A DNA stretch of 64,000 nucleotides, from positions 6,067-70,066 of the forward strand of contig JAGWVR010000005.1 of NCBI GenBank assembly GCA_018970785.1. The letters run 5' to 3'. The DNA comes from Planctomycetota bacterium (GTDB lineage: Bacteria; Planctomycetota; Planctomycetia; Pirellulales; UBA1268). The notes under the pieces were generated by a model that saw only the letters and a list, made by a program, of their open reading frames with translations, made no database searches and was not told the DNA's origin. The position numbers and the translations under genes were made by a program. Positions 1 through 9,489 of this stretch are shown here, piece after piece (positions within the stretch are counted from its first letter, which is position 1; every line of letters begins with the position of its first letter).

Positions 1-91
1 AAAAACCGGGCCCAGCGTCACAGCCAAGCCCGCCGCCCGGGACACCGCCAGCATCCTCGCCGCGGCCCGTGCCGGGTCAAAGCCAGGCCCT

Positions 92-811
92 GTGTCGAAG
101 GCCGACGCTCCTGCCGGTGTCAAGGCAGCGCTCTCGGAAGCGGGTCGTCAGGCACGCGCCGATGCCGCCGGCCCGCGGCGCGATGGTCCCAAGCCGGAAG
201 CCGCCAAGACCGGACACGAGGCTCCCTCGCGCACGGCCGCGCTGAAGACCGCGCCGCCGATGCCGTCGCGTCCTCCAAAGGCGGCCAAGGTCGAGGAGGA
301 GACGGGGCGCCGTGGATTCCTCTCGTTGGCGGTCGGCTCGTTCATGGCCCTCGGGTTCACCTCACTGGCGGTGACCGGAGGGCTGTTTTCGCTCGGTCTG
401 GCCCGGTTCCTCTTCCCAAACGTGCTCGCCGAGCCGCCGAGCCGCTTCAAGGTCGGCTTCAAGGAAGGCTTCCCGGCTGGCAAGGTGGAGACGAAATTCG
501 TCGCGCAGTACGGCGTGTGGGTCGTCAACAGCGACGTCGGTGGCCAGCAGCAGATCTACGCCCTCAAGACGGTCTGCACCCATCTCGGGTGCACGCCCAA
601 CTGGCTCGAGGCAGAGCAGAAGTTCAAGTGCCCGTGCCACGGGAGCGGGTTTTACAAGGACGGTGTCAACTTCGAGGGCCCGGCGCCGCGACCGCTCGAA
701 CGCTACGCGATCAAGATCGCCGACGACGGTCAGTTGGAGGTCGACAAGAGCAAGGCTTTCCAAGAGGAACTCGGTCAGTGGAACGACCCTTCGTCGTACG
801 TTCCGGTGTGA
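92..811 (+). CDS. Rieske [2Fe-2S] subunit of a cytochrome bc-type complex (true start may lie upstream of the window)
   Basis: Both Rieske cluster boxes are present: CTHLGC (575-592) and CPCHGS (629-646). An RRGFL twin-arginine-like motif is followed by a TM helix. The frame is open from nt 2 with GC3-rich codons, so GTG-92 is only the first start codon inside the window. Confidence 0.9.
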   Translation: MSKADAPAGVKAALSEAGRQARADAAGPRRDGPKPEAAKTGHEAPSRTAALKTAPPMPSRPPKAAKVEEETGRRGFLSLAVGSFMALGFTSLAVTGGLFSLGLARFLFPNVLAEPPSRFKVGFKEGFPAGKVETKFVAQYGVWVVNSDVGGQQQIYALKTVCTHLGCTPNWLEAEQKFKCPCHGSGFYKDGVNFEGPAPRPLERYAIKIADDGQLEVDKSKAFQEELGQWNDPSSYVPV

Positions 812-942
812 GCGCTTCCGGTCGTTCCGCGGGGAACGACCGGCGCGCCGGTGGCGGCGACCGGCGGCAGTGACCCGACCTGCGGACATCCGATTCCCGC
901 AGCACGTGACAGTTCAACCCGATCAGCGAGACCACCCGATCC

Positions 943-1716
943 ATGGCCATCGGCGAGACGATCCGCAACTCTCAGATCTGGAAGAGCATCTTCCGCCACC
1001 CGATGCCGCTCGACCGGCGGAATCGGATCGTGGTCATGCTCACCAACTTCTTCCTCCACCTCCACCCGGTGTCGATCAAGAAGCAGGGGATCGCCCTGTC
1101 GTTCACCTGGTGCATGGGTGGGGTGACGTTCTTCCTGTTCCTCGTCGAGACGGTCACCGGCGTGTTGTTGATGTTCTACTACCGGCCGACGCTGGAGTGG
1201 GCCTACAACGACATCCTCGCCCTCCGCGACGTGACCAGCCTCGGCATCCTCCGCGAGCTCCATCGCTGGGGGGCGCACGCGATGGTGATCACCACGTGGC
1301 TCCACATGTACCGGGTGTTCCTCACCGGCAGCTACAAGCCACCGCGTGAGTTCAACTGGGTGATCGGGGTGATCCTGCTGTTGCTGACGCTGCTGTTGTC
1401 GTTCACCGGTTACCTGCTCCCCTGGGATCAGCTGGCGATCTGGGCGATCACCGTCGGGTCCAACATGGCCCGTGCGACGCCGTTCCTCGGCTACGAGGGC
1501 CCGGGGCAGCAGCTCCTCACCGTCGGCGGGATCGACATGATCACCGACGGCTCCGATGCCCGGTTCGGCCTCCTCGGCGCCAGGTTCGTCGGCGAGGAGA
1601 CGCTCAACCGGTTCTACGTCCTGCACTGCATCGCGATCCCGCTGGCGGTGGCGCTGCTGCTGGCGATCCACTTTTGGCGCGTACGAAAGGACGGCGGGAT
1701 CAGCGGACCGCTGTGA
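943..1716 (+). CDS. Cytochrome b, N-terminal (b6-like) half
   Basis: Paired haem-ligand histidines in '[20 protein letters not shown]' and '[21 protein letters not shown]'. 'KPPREFNW' and 'TGYLLPWDQ' motifs are typical of cytochrome b/b6. Lies directly downstream of the Rieske gene. Confidence 0.92.
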   Translation: MAIGETIRNSQIWKSIFRHPMPLDRRNRIVVMLTNFFLHLHPVSIKKQGIALSFTWCMGGVTFFLFLVETVTGVLLMFYYRPTLEWAYNDILALRDVTSLGILRELHRWGAHAMVITTWLHMYRVFLTGSYKPPREFNWVIGVILLLLTLLLSFTGYLLPWDQLAIWAITVGSNMARATPFLGYEGPGQQLLTVGGIDMITDGSDARFGLLGARFVGEETLNRFYVLHCIAIPLAVALLLAIHFWRVRKDGGISGPL

Positions 1717-1728
1717 ACCCCGACAGTC

Positions 1729-3054
1729 ATGCATTCAAACGGCCAGTTTCTCAAAGACGTCGCCGGCTTCCTCGGGTCCTACTACACCGGCCTGGCGTTG
1801 ATGAACGCCGTGGCGGCGTACCTGCTGTGGCGGCGGTCGAAGCAGCCGGCGCTGGCGCTGGCGTGGACGGTGTTCTCGGCGGCGATGATGATCCTCGCCG
1901 GCCTCGCGCTGTCGGGGGAGGAACGCCTCGTCCCGAAGCTTCCGAGTGCGGTCACGTCGCTGGTCAACCAGCTTTCCGGGCCGGTGCTCTACACGCTCGG
2001 CACGACCGCGCTGCTGACAGTGCTGTTCGTGTTCCGGAGGTTCTTCGTCAAGCCGATGGTGGCATGGACGATCCTCAACGGCATGCTGCTGCTGATGGGC
2101 CTGTCGATGGCCGACGCGAACTTCGCCTCGATCGTCATGAAGCCCGACAACGTTCCGATCGTCGGGCTGGTGTTCCTACTTGCGTTCTTCACCTGGGTGG
2201 CGACCAAGCAGGCCGTGGTCAATGACGATCGCATCGCCCAGGGACTGCCGCCGATGGAGAAACTCGACGACGAAAAGGTTCTCGTGTGGCCCGATCTGGT
2301 CTACACCGAACTGATCTGCATGGTCGCCGTGTCGGCGTTCCTGTTGGTGTGGGCGATCTTCCTCCCCGCGCCTCTGGAAGAGCCGGCCTCGAGCGTCAAG
2401 ACGCCCAATCCCTCGAAGGCGCCGTGGTACTTCCTCGGCCTCCAGGAGATGCTCGTCTATTTCGACCCATGGTACGCCGGCGTCGTGCTGCCGAGCCTGG
2501 TGATCTTCGGGCTGATGGCGATGCCTTATCTCGACTTCAACAAGAAAGGCAATGGCTACTACTCGATCGCCGAGCGGAAGTTCAGCTACCTGACGTTCCA
2601 GTTCGGGTTTCTCGAGCTGTGGATCACGCTGATCATCCTCGGGACGTTCCTCCGCGGGCCGAATTGGAACTTCTTCGGGCCCTTCGAGTATTGGAGCCCG
2701 TACAAGGTCGAGGTCCTCAACAACGTCGACCTGCCGCAGATGTTCTGGGTCAACCTGCTCGACCGGCCTTTGCCACGGGCGCCGCAGGGCTCGGGGACGC
2801 TCGCTCAGATCGGCTACATCCTCCTCCGAGAGGCTCCGGGATTGCTCCTGCTGGGGGCCTACCTGGTGATCCTCCCGCCACTGCTGGCTGTCACGGTGTT
2901 CCGCGGGTTTTTCGCCAAGATGGGTTTCATCCGCTACATGGTGATGTCGAACCTGATGCTGCTGATGCTGTCGTTGCCCCTGAAGATGATTCTCCGCTGG
3001 ACGTTGAACCTGAAATACCTGGTGAGCATTCCGGAGTTCTCGCTCAATTTTTAG
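1729..3054 (+). CDS. Cytochrome b C-terminal half / subunit-IV-like protein with extra TM helices
   Basis: Polytopic 441-aa protein. 'PSKAPWYFLGLQEMLVYF' matches the Qo-site (PEWY-box) helix of cytochrome b C-terminal domains. Starts 12 nt after the b6-like gene. Confidence 0.85.
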   Translation: MHSNGQFLKDVAGFLGSYYTGLALMNAVAAYLLWRRSKQPALALAWTVFSAAMMILAGLALSGEERLVPKLPSAVTSLVNQLSGPVLYTLGTTALLTVLFVFRRFFVKPMVAWTILNGMLLLMGLSMADANFASIVMKPDNVPIVGLVFLLAFFTWVATKQAVVNDDRIAQGLPPMEKLDDEKVLVWPDLVYTELICMVAVSAFLLVWAIFLPAPLEEPASSVKTPNPSKAPWYFLGLQEMLVYFDPWYAGVVLPSLVIFGLMAMPYLDFNKKGNGYYSIAERKFSYLTFQFGFLELWITLIILGTFLRGPNWNFFGPFEYWSPYKVEVLNNVDLPQMFWVNLLDRPLPRAPQGSGTLAQIGYILLREAPGLLLLGAYLVILPPLLAVTVFRGFFAKMGFIRYMVMSNLMLLMLSLPLKMILRWTLNLKYLVSIPEFSLNF

Positions 3055-3166
3055 CGCCGGGCTTTTGCTCCGCGCCCGGCTTACGACCGACTCAAAGGCG
3101 ATACGGCGTCGGGCTTTGGCGCCCGGCTGAATGTCAATCACCCCTTAGGCACCTGCGCCTCAAACC

Positions 3167-6100
3167 ATGCCTGCCACAGAACAGACCTGGCGCGACTTGA
3201 AGGTTCTGCACGTGGTCTTCGGGCTCACCGCCCTCGGACTGCTGGCTTCGACCGTGGCGATGCTGGTCGCCGACCACAACCGGCCGTGGAAGAAGTACCA
3301 GCGCGAATTCCGCGCGTTGGAGACATGGTCGGCCCAGGCGCGGGTGGCCGAGCAGGGATCGCAGCAGTACGCGGACGAATCGGAAAAACTGGCCGCTGTC
3401 CTCGCCGAGACGCGCCAGGCCCCGATCGACCAGACCCTCGTCGAGCGGTTCGTCGCCCGTGCCCGCGAGGTCGACGAAGACCGCGAGGCTGCCGACCGGG
3501 TCCAAATCGACGCCGACGGGCTGGCGCGGCAGAGCGATTCCGGGCAGCGCCTCGCGCTGCGTGGCGACTTGCTCACTCGGATGCGCGACGTCGCCAAGCG
3601 GGCCCGTTTTCGTGAGGACCAGGCCGCAGGCCAACTGAAGTTGCGAAAAGCGGAGCTCGACAAGAACCGCGCCGACTACGAGCTCGCCGTCGCCGACGGC
3701 GCCGAGCAAGCACGGCTCGATTCTTTGCTGGCCCTGGCGGACAAGAAGCGCGAGGAGGTGGGCGCGGCGACGCTCGCCAGCCAGGCTGCCAACACGCACC
3801 GCAAGGAGCTCGAGGCGCTCGTCCGAGAGATGACCCGCGACGAGGATGCCGCAGCGAAGGCGTTGGCCGATCACCGTTCGCAGCTGGAGCAGCTGTCGAA
3901 GACCGTCAAGGACCGGGCGCCCAATTACGGCAAGACGCTTCTCGAGATGCCGGTGCTCGACGCCTTCAACGGGCCGTTGCGCGTCGACCAGATCTGGCTG
4001 CCGCAGCTGACCCTGAACAACAATTTCCGTGATGTCGCCCGCTTCGACCGCTGCACGACCTGCCACAAGGGGATCGAGAAGTCGGCCCCTGGTTCGCCGC
4101 ACGATCCCGCCTATCCACACGCCGAGACGCTCGCGCTCACGCTGGCGACTCCGTCGTCGGCCGACTCGGCCGGCGGAGGCGCGGATGCCGCCGCTCGGCT
4201 CGAGGCGGTCTACGGGTTCGGCCTCGCTGACCGCGGGCTGTTCGACGCCGATGACGCGACCGTGAATTTCGTCCGTCGCGAGTCCCCAGCCGCGATGGCC
4301 GGGCTGCAGACCGGTGACGTCATCGAAGCGGTCGCCGGCGGCCGGATGCTCGGCAACGGCATGGTCGCTGCGGCGCTTCTCGAGTCACCGGTCTGGGGCA
4401 AACCCGTGACGCTGACGGTGCGCCGCGGCGTGCCGCAGCCGTACGCCAGCCATCCGCGTCTCGACCTGTTCGTCGGCTCGACCAGCCCCCATCCGATGCA
4501 GTCGTTCGGCTGCACGATCTGCCACCAGGGGCAGGGGAGCGCGACGAGTTTCAAGTGGGCCTCCCACACCCCCGACTCGCCGAAGGAGGCGCGGGCCTGG
4601 CACGACGACCATGGCTGGTTCAACAACCACCACTGGATCCTGCCGATGCTCCCCGAGCGGTTCGAGGAGTCGAGCTGCCTGAAGTGCCATCACCAGGTCG
4701 TCGACTTGGAGCCGTCGGAGCGGTTTCCGGAGCCCCCGGCCCCCAAGCTCGTCGAGGGCTACCACCTCATCAGGCAGTACGGCTGCTACGGCTGCCACGA
4801 GATCAACGGCTGGGCCGGGCCCGACAAGCGGATCGGCCCCGACATGCGGCTGGCACCCAATTACCACGAGGTCGCCGCGGCGATCGCCGCCGATCCGACG
4901 CTCGACCGGTCCGATGACGGGGCGCAGCTGAAGCGCTGGGCCGAGGAGGTCGAGCGCAGCCCGGACGGGCGGCAGGCACGCGACCGGCTCCGGCAGGCGA
5001 TCGAGCGCGACGCCCTCGCCGGCGGGGACTCCGTGCTCTCCGACCGCACCCACCAGCTCGCGGCGCTGCTCAAGGATCCGGAGACTCCCGGGGCCTTTGC
5101 CAAGGTCGGCCCGAGCCTGCGGCATGTTTCGTCGAAGGTCGGTTTCGACTGGCTCTACTCCTGGCTGCGGAACCCGCAGGACTTCCGGCCGTCGACGAAG
5201 ATGCCGCGATTCTTCGGGCTCTGGGAGCACCTGTCGGGCAAGGGCCTGGCGGAGTCGGAGCGTTATGAACCGATCGAAATCCGATCGATGATCGCCTACC
5301 TGTCGAGCGTCAGCCAACCGTTCGACTACGTCGAGCCCCCGGCGGGGATCACGGCGCCGGCCGATCCGGAGCGCGGGCGCAAGGTCGTCGAGGTGCGCGG
5401 CTGCCTCGCCTGCCATCAGCACGCCGAGTTCCCTGGAGCGACGAGCACCCACGGCCCGAACCTGTCGCGGATCGGCGCCAAGGCCGCGTCGCACCCCGAC
5501 GGCGCCAAGTGGCTCTATTCATGGCTGCGGGAGCCCGCCCGTTATCACCCGCGCACGATCATGCCGAACGTCCTTCTCGAGCCGGTGACGCTCGCTGACG
5601 GCACGGTCAGCGATCCGGCGGCCGACGCGACCGCCTGGCTGCTCGGCTCCACCGAGGGGTGGAAGCCGTCCGACATCCCCGCCGCCGGTTCGCTCACCGA
5701 CGAGGAGCGCGATGCCACCAACGAGCTGGCGCTGATGTATCTGAAAGACCGGTTCCCTGCGGTCCGGGCCGAGCGCGTTCTGGCCGAGGGGATCCCCGCC
5801 GATCAGGCAGGCATCCAGGGTGACGAGCGGATGCTCGTCGGGATGACGGGCGCCGACCGGGAAGCCCGGCTCCTCGAGTACGTCGGCAAGAAGACGATCG
5901 CCAAGCTCGCCTGCTCGGCGTGCCACGACATCCCCGGGTTCGAGGATGCGAAGGCCGCCGGCGCGGCGCTGGCCGATTGGGGGCGCAAGGAATCGTCGAA
6001 GATCGCCTTCGAGCAGGTCGCCCACTATGTGATGCACCAACTCGAGCACGGCGGTGGACATGGCCACGGCGCGCCCGGCGGCATGCATCACGGTCATGAC

Positions 6101-7699
6101 GCCCATGGTGACAACGCGGGTTCGCCGGCGTCGGCCGAGGGCGCTGCCGGTGCGACCGGTGTGTCGGGCGTGGGCCTCGGCGACGACGGCCCATTGGCAC
6201 CGGACCTCGCCTATGCGGCGCCCCCGGAGCGGCACGTCGACCCGGAATCGCTCGACCCCGACACCGGATTTTTCCTCGAGAAGCTTCTCGCCCACGAGCG
6301 CGAGGGGTTCCTCTGGCAGAAGCTGCGTGCCCCGCGGAGCTACGACTACAAGAAAGCCGAGAACAAGTCGTACAACGAACGCTACCGGATGCCGCAGTTC
6401 CCGTTCGACGCCAAGCAGCGTGAAGCGGTGATGACGTTCGTGCTCGGACTGGTTTCGGAGCCTCCGGCGGCACAGTACGTCCATCGCCCGGATCCGCGCG
6501 AGCAGGCCCGGCTCGATGGCCTCGTGGCGGCCGAGAAGTACAACTGCAGCGGGTGCCACATCCTCCAGATGGACCGCTGGGACCTGCGCTACGCCCCGGA
6601 ATCGCTCGGCAGCGTCGAGCTACCGGCGGACTATCCGTTCCTCTCCCCCCACTTCACCCCCGACGAGGTGTCGCGGTCGCTCGCCGTCGACCGTCGTGGG
6701 CGGCGCCAGGCGCGGATCACCGGCATGCCAGTGCTCGATCCGGCGACAGGGAAGACGCAGTACGTGGACGAGGACGGGGTCGCGATCGAGGAGGGTGACA
6801 CCGAGTCGGTCCCCCACCTGCCGATCATGCTCTGGAAAGACGTGCTCGTCGACGGCGAGCCGCGTATCGTCGGCGGCCAAAACCTCTCGGTGCCGGTGGC
6901 GGCACTGCGTGAAGGGAAGCACTATCCGGCAAACGGCGGCGATCTGGCTCGGTTGCTCTACCCGACCGTGATCGCCGACGAGAAGCAGATCAACCCCAAC
7001 GTCAAGGCCGAGGATGCTTGGGGCTGGTTGCCGCCGCCGCTGGTCGGCGAGGGTCGGAAGGTGCAGTCGGACTGGCTCCACAGATTCCTGCTCAACCCGG
7101 GGATGATCCGGCCGTCCGCCGTGTTGCGGATGCCGAAGTTCAACTTCCACGCGTCGGAAGCGACGGCGCTGGTCAACTACTTCGCCGCGGTCGACGGAGC
7201 GGACTACCCGTACGTCTACGATCCGCGGCTCGACGACTCGGCGCTCGCCGCCAAGGAGCACGGATACCCAGGGCACCTCGACGGTGCGATGAAGATCGTC
7301 ACCAACACCAATTACTGCGTGAAGTGCCACCTCGTCGGTGGGTACACGCCGCCGGGCAACCCCAAGGCCCTCGCCCCGCAACTCGCCGAGGTCCACAAGC
7401 GGCTCCGTCCCGGCTACGTGCACGATTGGATCGCCAATCCGAAGCGCTTCCTGCCCTACACGGGAATGCCGGTGAATATCCCGTTTGACAAGCCGGTGAG
7501 CCAGGATCTCTACAAGGGCACGAGCGACCAGCAGGTCGACGCGCTCACCGATCTGCTCATGCACTTCGACGCCTTCGCCAAGCAGGGATTGTCGCTGGAG
7601 GCCTACCTGCGGCAGCAACCACCCGCGACCGACGCGGCGCCGGCGGCGAAGACGGAGTCCCCCGATCGGACCGCTCCCACGGGACTGAACGGCGGCTAG
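3167..7699 (+). CDS. Membrane-anchored octahaem c-type cytochrome (1510 aa) with coiled-coil and PDZ-like segments
   Basis: Eight CxxCH motifs: CTTCH, CTICH, CLKCH, CYGCH, CLACH, CSACH, CSGCH, CVKCH. Several are followed by class-I style Met-ligand motifs (KMPRFF, IMPNVL, RMPQFPF, RMPKFNF, GMPVNIPF). Has an N-terminal TM helix, a long Ala/Glu/Arg/Leu heptad-like region and the PDZ-like 'SPAAMAGLQTGDVIEAV'. Confidence 0.9.
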   Translation: MPATEQTWRDLKVLHVVFGLTALGLLASTVAMLVADHNRPWKKYQREFRALETWSAQARVAEQGSQQYADESEKLAAVLAETRQAPIDQTLVERFVARAREVDEDREAADRVQIDADGLARQSDSGQRLALRGDLLTRMRDVAKRARFREDQAAGQLKLRKAELDKNRADYELAVADGAEQARLDSLLALADKKREEVGAATLASQAANTHRKELEALVREMTRDEDAAAKALADHRSQLEQLSKTVKDRAPNYGKTLLEMPVLDAFNGPLRVDQIWLPQLTLNNNFRDVARFDRCTTCHKGIEKSAPGSPHDPAYPHAETLALTLATPSSADSAGGGADAAARLEAVYGFGLADRGLFDADDATVNFVRRESPAAMAGLQTGDVIEAVAGGRMLGNGMVAAALLESPVWGKPVTLTVRRGVPQPYASHPRLDLFVGSTSPHPMQSFGCTICHQGQGSATSFKWASHTPDSPKEARAWHDDHGWFNNHHWILPMLPERFEESSCLKCHHQVVDLEPSERFPEPPAPKLVEGYHLIRQYGCYGCHEINGWAGPDKRIGPDMRLAPNYHEVAAAIAADPTLDRSDDGAQLKRWAEEVERSPDGRQARDRLRQAIERDALAGGDSVLSDRTHQLAALLKDPETPGAFAKVGPSLRHVSSKVGFDWLYSWLRNPQDFRPSTKMPRFFGLWEHLSGKGLAESERYEPIEIRSMIAYLSSVSQPFDYVEPPAGITAPADPERGRKVVEVRGCLACHQHAEFPGATSTHGPNLSRIGAKAASHPDGAKWLYSWLREPARYHPRTIMPNVLLEPVTLADGTVSDPAADATAWLLGSTEGWKPSDIPAAGSLTDEERDATNELALMYLKDRFPAVRAERVLAEGIPADQAGIQGDERMLVGMTGADREARLLEYVGKKTIAKLACSACHDIPGFEDAKAAGAALADWGRKESSKIAFEQVAHYVMHQLEHGGGHGHGAPGGMHHGHDAHGDNAGSPASAEGAAGATGVSGVGLGDDGPLAPDLAYAAPPERHVDPESLDPDTGFFLEKLLAHEREGFLWQKLRAPRSYDYKKAENKSYNERYRMPQFPFDAKQREAVMTFVLGLVSEPPAAQYVHRPDPREQARLDGLVAAEKYNCSGCHILQMDRWDLRYAPESLGSVELPADYPFLSPHFTPDEVSRSLAVDRRGRRQARITGMPVLDPATGKTQYVDEDGVAIEEGDTESVPHLPIMLWKDVLVDGEPRIVGGQNLSVPVAALREGKHYPANGGDLARLLYPTVIADEKQINPNVKAEDAWGWLPPPLVGEGRKVQSDWLHRFLLNPGMIRPSAVLRMPKFNFHASEATALVNYFAAVDGADYPYVYDPRLDDSALAAKEHGYPGHLDGAMKIVTNTNYCVKCHLVGGYTPPGNPKALAPQLAEVHKRLRPGYVHDWIANPKRFLPYTGMPVNIPFDKPVSQDLYKGTSDQQVDALTDLLMHFDAFAKQGLSLEAYLRQQPPATDAAPAAKTESPDRTAPTGLNGG

Positions 7700-7813
7700 A
7701 GTTCCCTGGTGAGAGCCTACCGGTGGGAGTTTACGAGACGGTTGCAGCACCCCCGGCACCGTTCCCGCGATCCCCGTCCAACACCTTACGATCCGCACTT
7801 CCGGAGATTCGCC

Positions 7814-8584
7814 ATGAACCGTCGACTCGTCACCAGTCTCGCCCTCGTGCTGTTTACCGGAGTCGGTTCCGTCCGGGCCGACGACTGGGGCACGATCAGC
7901 GGCCGGTTCGTGTTCGGCGGTGCCAAGCCAACCGCCTCGGACATCAAGGCCGACAAGGATGTCGAGGTGTGCGGCAAGCACAAACTCCTCAACGAAGAAC
8001 TCGTCGTCGGTGCCGATGGCGGCGTCGCGAACGTGGTCGTCTTCGTCCGCGACAAAGACATCAAGATCCATCCTGACCTCGCGGCCACGAAGAACACCCC
8101 GGTCACGCTTGACAACAAGGACTGCCGGTTCGAGCCTCACGTGGCCGTCATCCAGACGGGTCAGCCGCTGGTCCTGAAGAACTCCGACACCATCGGCCAC
8201 AACAGCAACGTCGCGACGATCAAAAACAGCCCCTCCAACAGCCTGATTCCGGCCGGTGGCGATTCGAAGGTCACTTTCAATGCCGAGGAGGCGATCCCCG
8301 CCCAAGTGACCTGCAACATCCACCCGTGGATGAAGGCCTGGCTTGTGGTCCGGCCGAATCCCTACGCCGCCGTCTCGAAGCCCGACGGCTCATTTGAGAT
8401 CAAGGGCCTGCCGGCCGGTGAGGTGGAACTGCAGCTGTGGCACGAGAAGGCCGGCTACATCGGCGAGATCAAGGTCGGCGGCAAGTCGGAAAAGACAGCG
8501 AAGGGCCGGAAGAAGGTCACCGTCAAGGCCGGTGAGAACGCCATGGGAGACATCACGCTCGATGCGAGCCTGTTCAAGAAGTGA
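7814..8584 (+). CDS. Secreted amicyanin-type cupredoxin fused to a carboxypeptidase-regulatory-like (Ig-like) domain
   Basis: Signal peptide MNRRLVTSLALVLFTGVGSVRA. Type-1 Cu ligand pattern: 'GHNSNV' His plus 'CNIHPWM' (C-x2-H-x2-M, 8312-8332), as in the amicyanin motif CTPHPFM. C-terminal 'SKPDGSFEIKGLPAGEVEL' is a CarboxypepD_reg-like motif. ATG-7814 chosen over the upstream ORF start. Confidence 0.75.
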   Translation: MNRRLVTSLALVLFTGVGSVRADDWGTISGRFVFGGAKPTASDIKADKDVEVCGKHKLLNEELVVGADGGVANVVVFVRDKDIKIHPDLAATKNTPVTLDNKDCRFEPHVAVIQTGQPLVLKNSDTIGHNSNVATIKNSPSNSLIPAGGDSKVTFNAEEAIPAQVTCNIHPWMKAWLVVRPNPYAAVSKPDGSFEIKGLPAGEVELQLWHEKAGYIGEIKVGGKSEKTAKGRKKVTVKAGENAMGDITLDASLFKK

Positions 8585-9476
8585 TCGCCGCTCGACTGGC
8601 GGCTGCATCGCGTCGTGGTGCGCCGTCGTGCTCGTGCCGCTGGTGAGCGGTTGCGGCTCCGATCGGGTCGCCGCCCCATCGGCCGATGCCGGCCTTGCCA
8701 CCGAGCTGCGCTCGCGGTTGGCCTCGGCGTCGCCCGCCGCGGCAGCCGCCGACGCGGCCCCGGTCGGAACTGGCTGGGCGACGCTGAAAGGGCGGTTCGT
8801 CTTCGCCGGTGATCCGGGAACGCCCCGGGCGCTCGTGGCCGACAAAGACACCGAAGTGTGCTCCAAGGACGGCGTGAAGTTGCTCGATCGGTCGCTTCTC
8901 GTCGATCCGTCCGGCAAGGGGCTGGCGAACGTCGTCGTATTCGTGCGAAAGGCGAGCCGGGTGAAGGAGGCGACGCCGTCTTCGACGCCGGTCGTCTTCG
9001 ATCAGAAAAACTGCGAGTTCCTGGCCCCGGTGGTGGCGGCTCGGGTCGGCCAGCCGGTCGACGTCAAGAACAGCGATCCGATCGGTCACAACACCAACGT
9101 CGCCGGGTCGGACTTCAACCAGTTGATCCCCGCCGGCGGCAGCACCACCTACGTGCCGAAGGCGGAAACGGGGCTGCCGACGATGGTGACCTGCAACGTC
9201 CACCCGTGGATGAAGGCGTACATGGTGTTCCGCAAGGACGGCTACGTCGCCGTCTCGGCAGCCGACGGTTCGTTCGTGATTCCCGACCTGCCGGCCGGGG
9301 AGTTGCTCGAGTTCCAGGTGTGGCACGAGCGGTCGACCGGTGCCAACGGCGCCTTGGGGCTCGACAAGCCCGATCTCAAGTGGACCCCGAAAGGACGCTT
9401 CCAGATCAAGCTCGAGGAAAACGAAGTCAAGGATCTCGGCACGCTCGACGTTCCCGCATCAGCCATCGGAACCTGA
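8562..9476 (+). CDS. Paralogous cupredoxin lipoprotein with carboxypeptidase-regulatory-like domain
   Basis: Same architecture as the upstream gene: 'GHNTNV', 'CNVHPWM' (9192-9212) and 'AADGSFVIPDLPAGELLEF'. ATG-8562 gives a lipoprotein signal (..AVVLVPLVSGC). It overlaps the upstream stop by 23 nt. The start is uncertain. Confidence 0.7.
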   Translation: MRACSRSDRRSTGGCIASWCAVVLVPLVSGCGSDRVAAPSADAGLATELRSRLASASPAAAAADAAPVGTGWATLKGRFVFAGDPGTPRALVADKDTEVCSKDGVKLLDRSLLVDPSGKGLANVVVFVRKASRVKEATPSSTPVVFDQKNCEFLAPVVAARVGQPVDVKNSDPIGHNTNVAGSDFNQLIPAGGSTTYVPKAETGLPTMVTCNVHPWMKAYMVFRKDGYVAVSAADGSFVIPDLPAGELLEFQVWHERSTGANGALGLDKPDLKWTPKGRFQIKLEENEVKDLGTLDVPASAIGT

Positions 9477-9489
9477 CGAATCTCCTCCC

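Noticed and set aside
3056-3080. 7-bp GC hairpin (GCCGGGC...GCCCGGC) just after the cytochrome b C-terminal gene.
   Set aside because: It has no U-tract and sits inside what looks like one operon, 87 nt before the octahaem gene. At most it is an RNA-stability or attenuation element, and it is not callable as a terminator.
1-7699. Alternative Complex III (ActA-F) as the identity of the multihaem/quinol oxidase module.
   Set aside because: A Rieske protein and a b6-like cytochrome b with the four conserved haem-ligand histidines are present, and no molybdopterin-like (ActB) or NrfD-like (ActC/F) subunits are seen. This is a bc-type complex.
8343-8561. TTG-initiated upstream extension of the second cupredoxin ORF. 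Analogous extensions occur at 7709, 9340, 13633, 14310, 17084, 18712, 19608, 24960, 25586, 36386, 37032, 39192, 45991, 49671, 51008 and 54240.
   Set aside because: These extensions overlap the preceding gene out of frame and are Arg/Ser/Pro-rich. Internal ATG/GTG starts yield proper signal peptides, lipoboxes or conserved N-termini.
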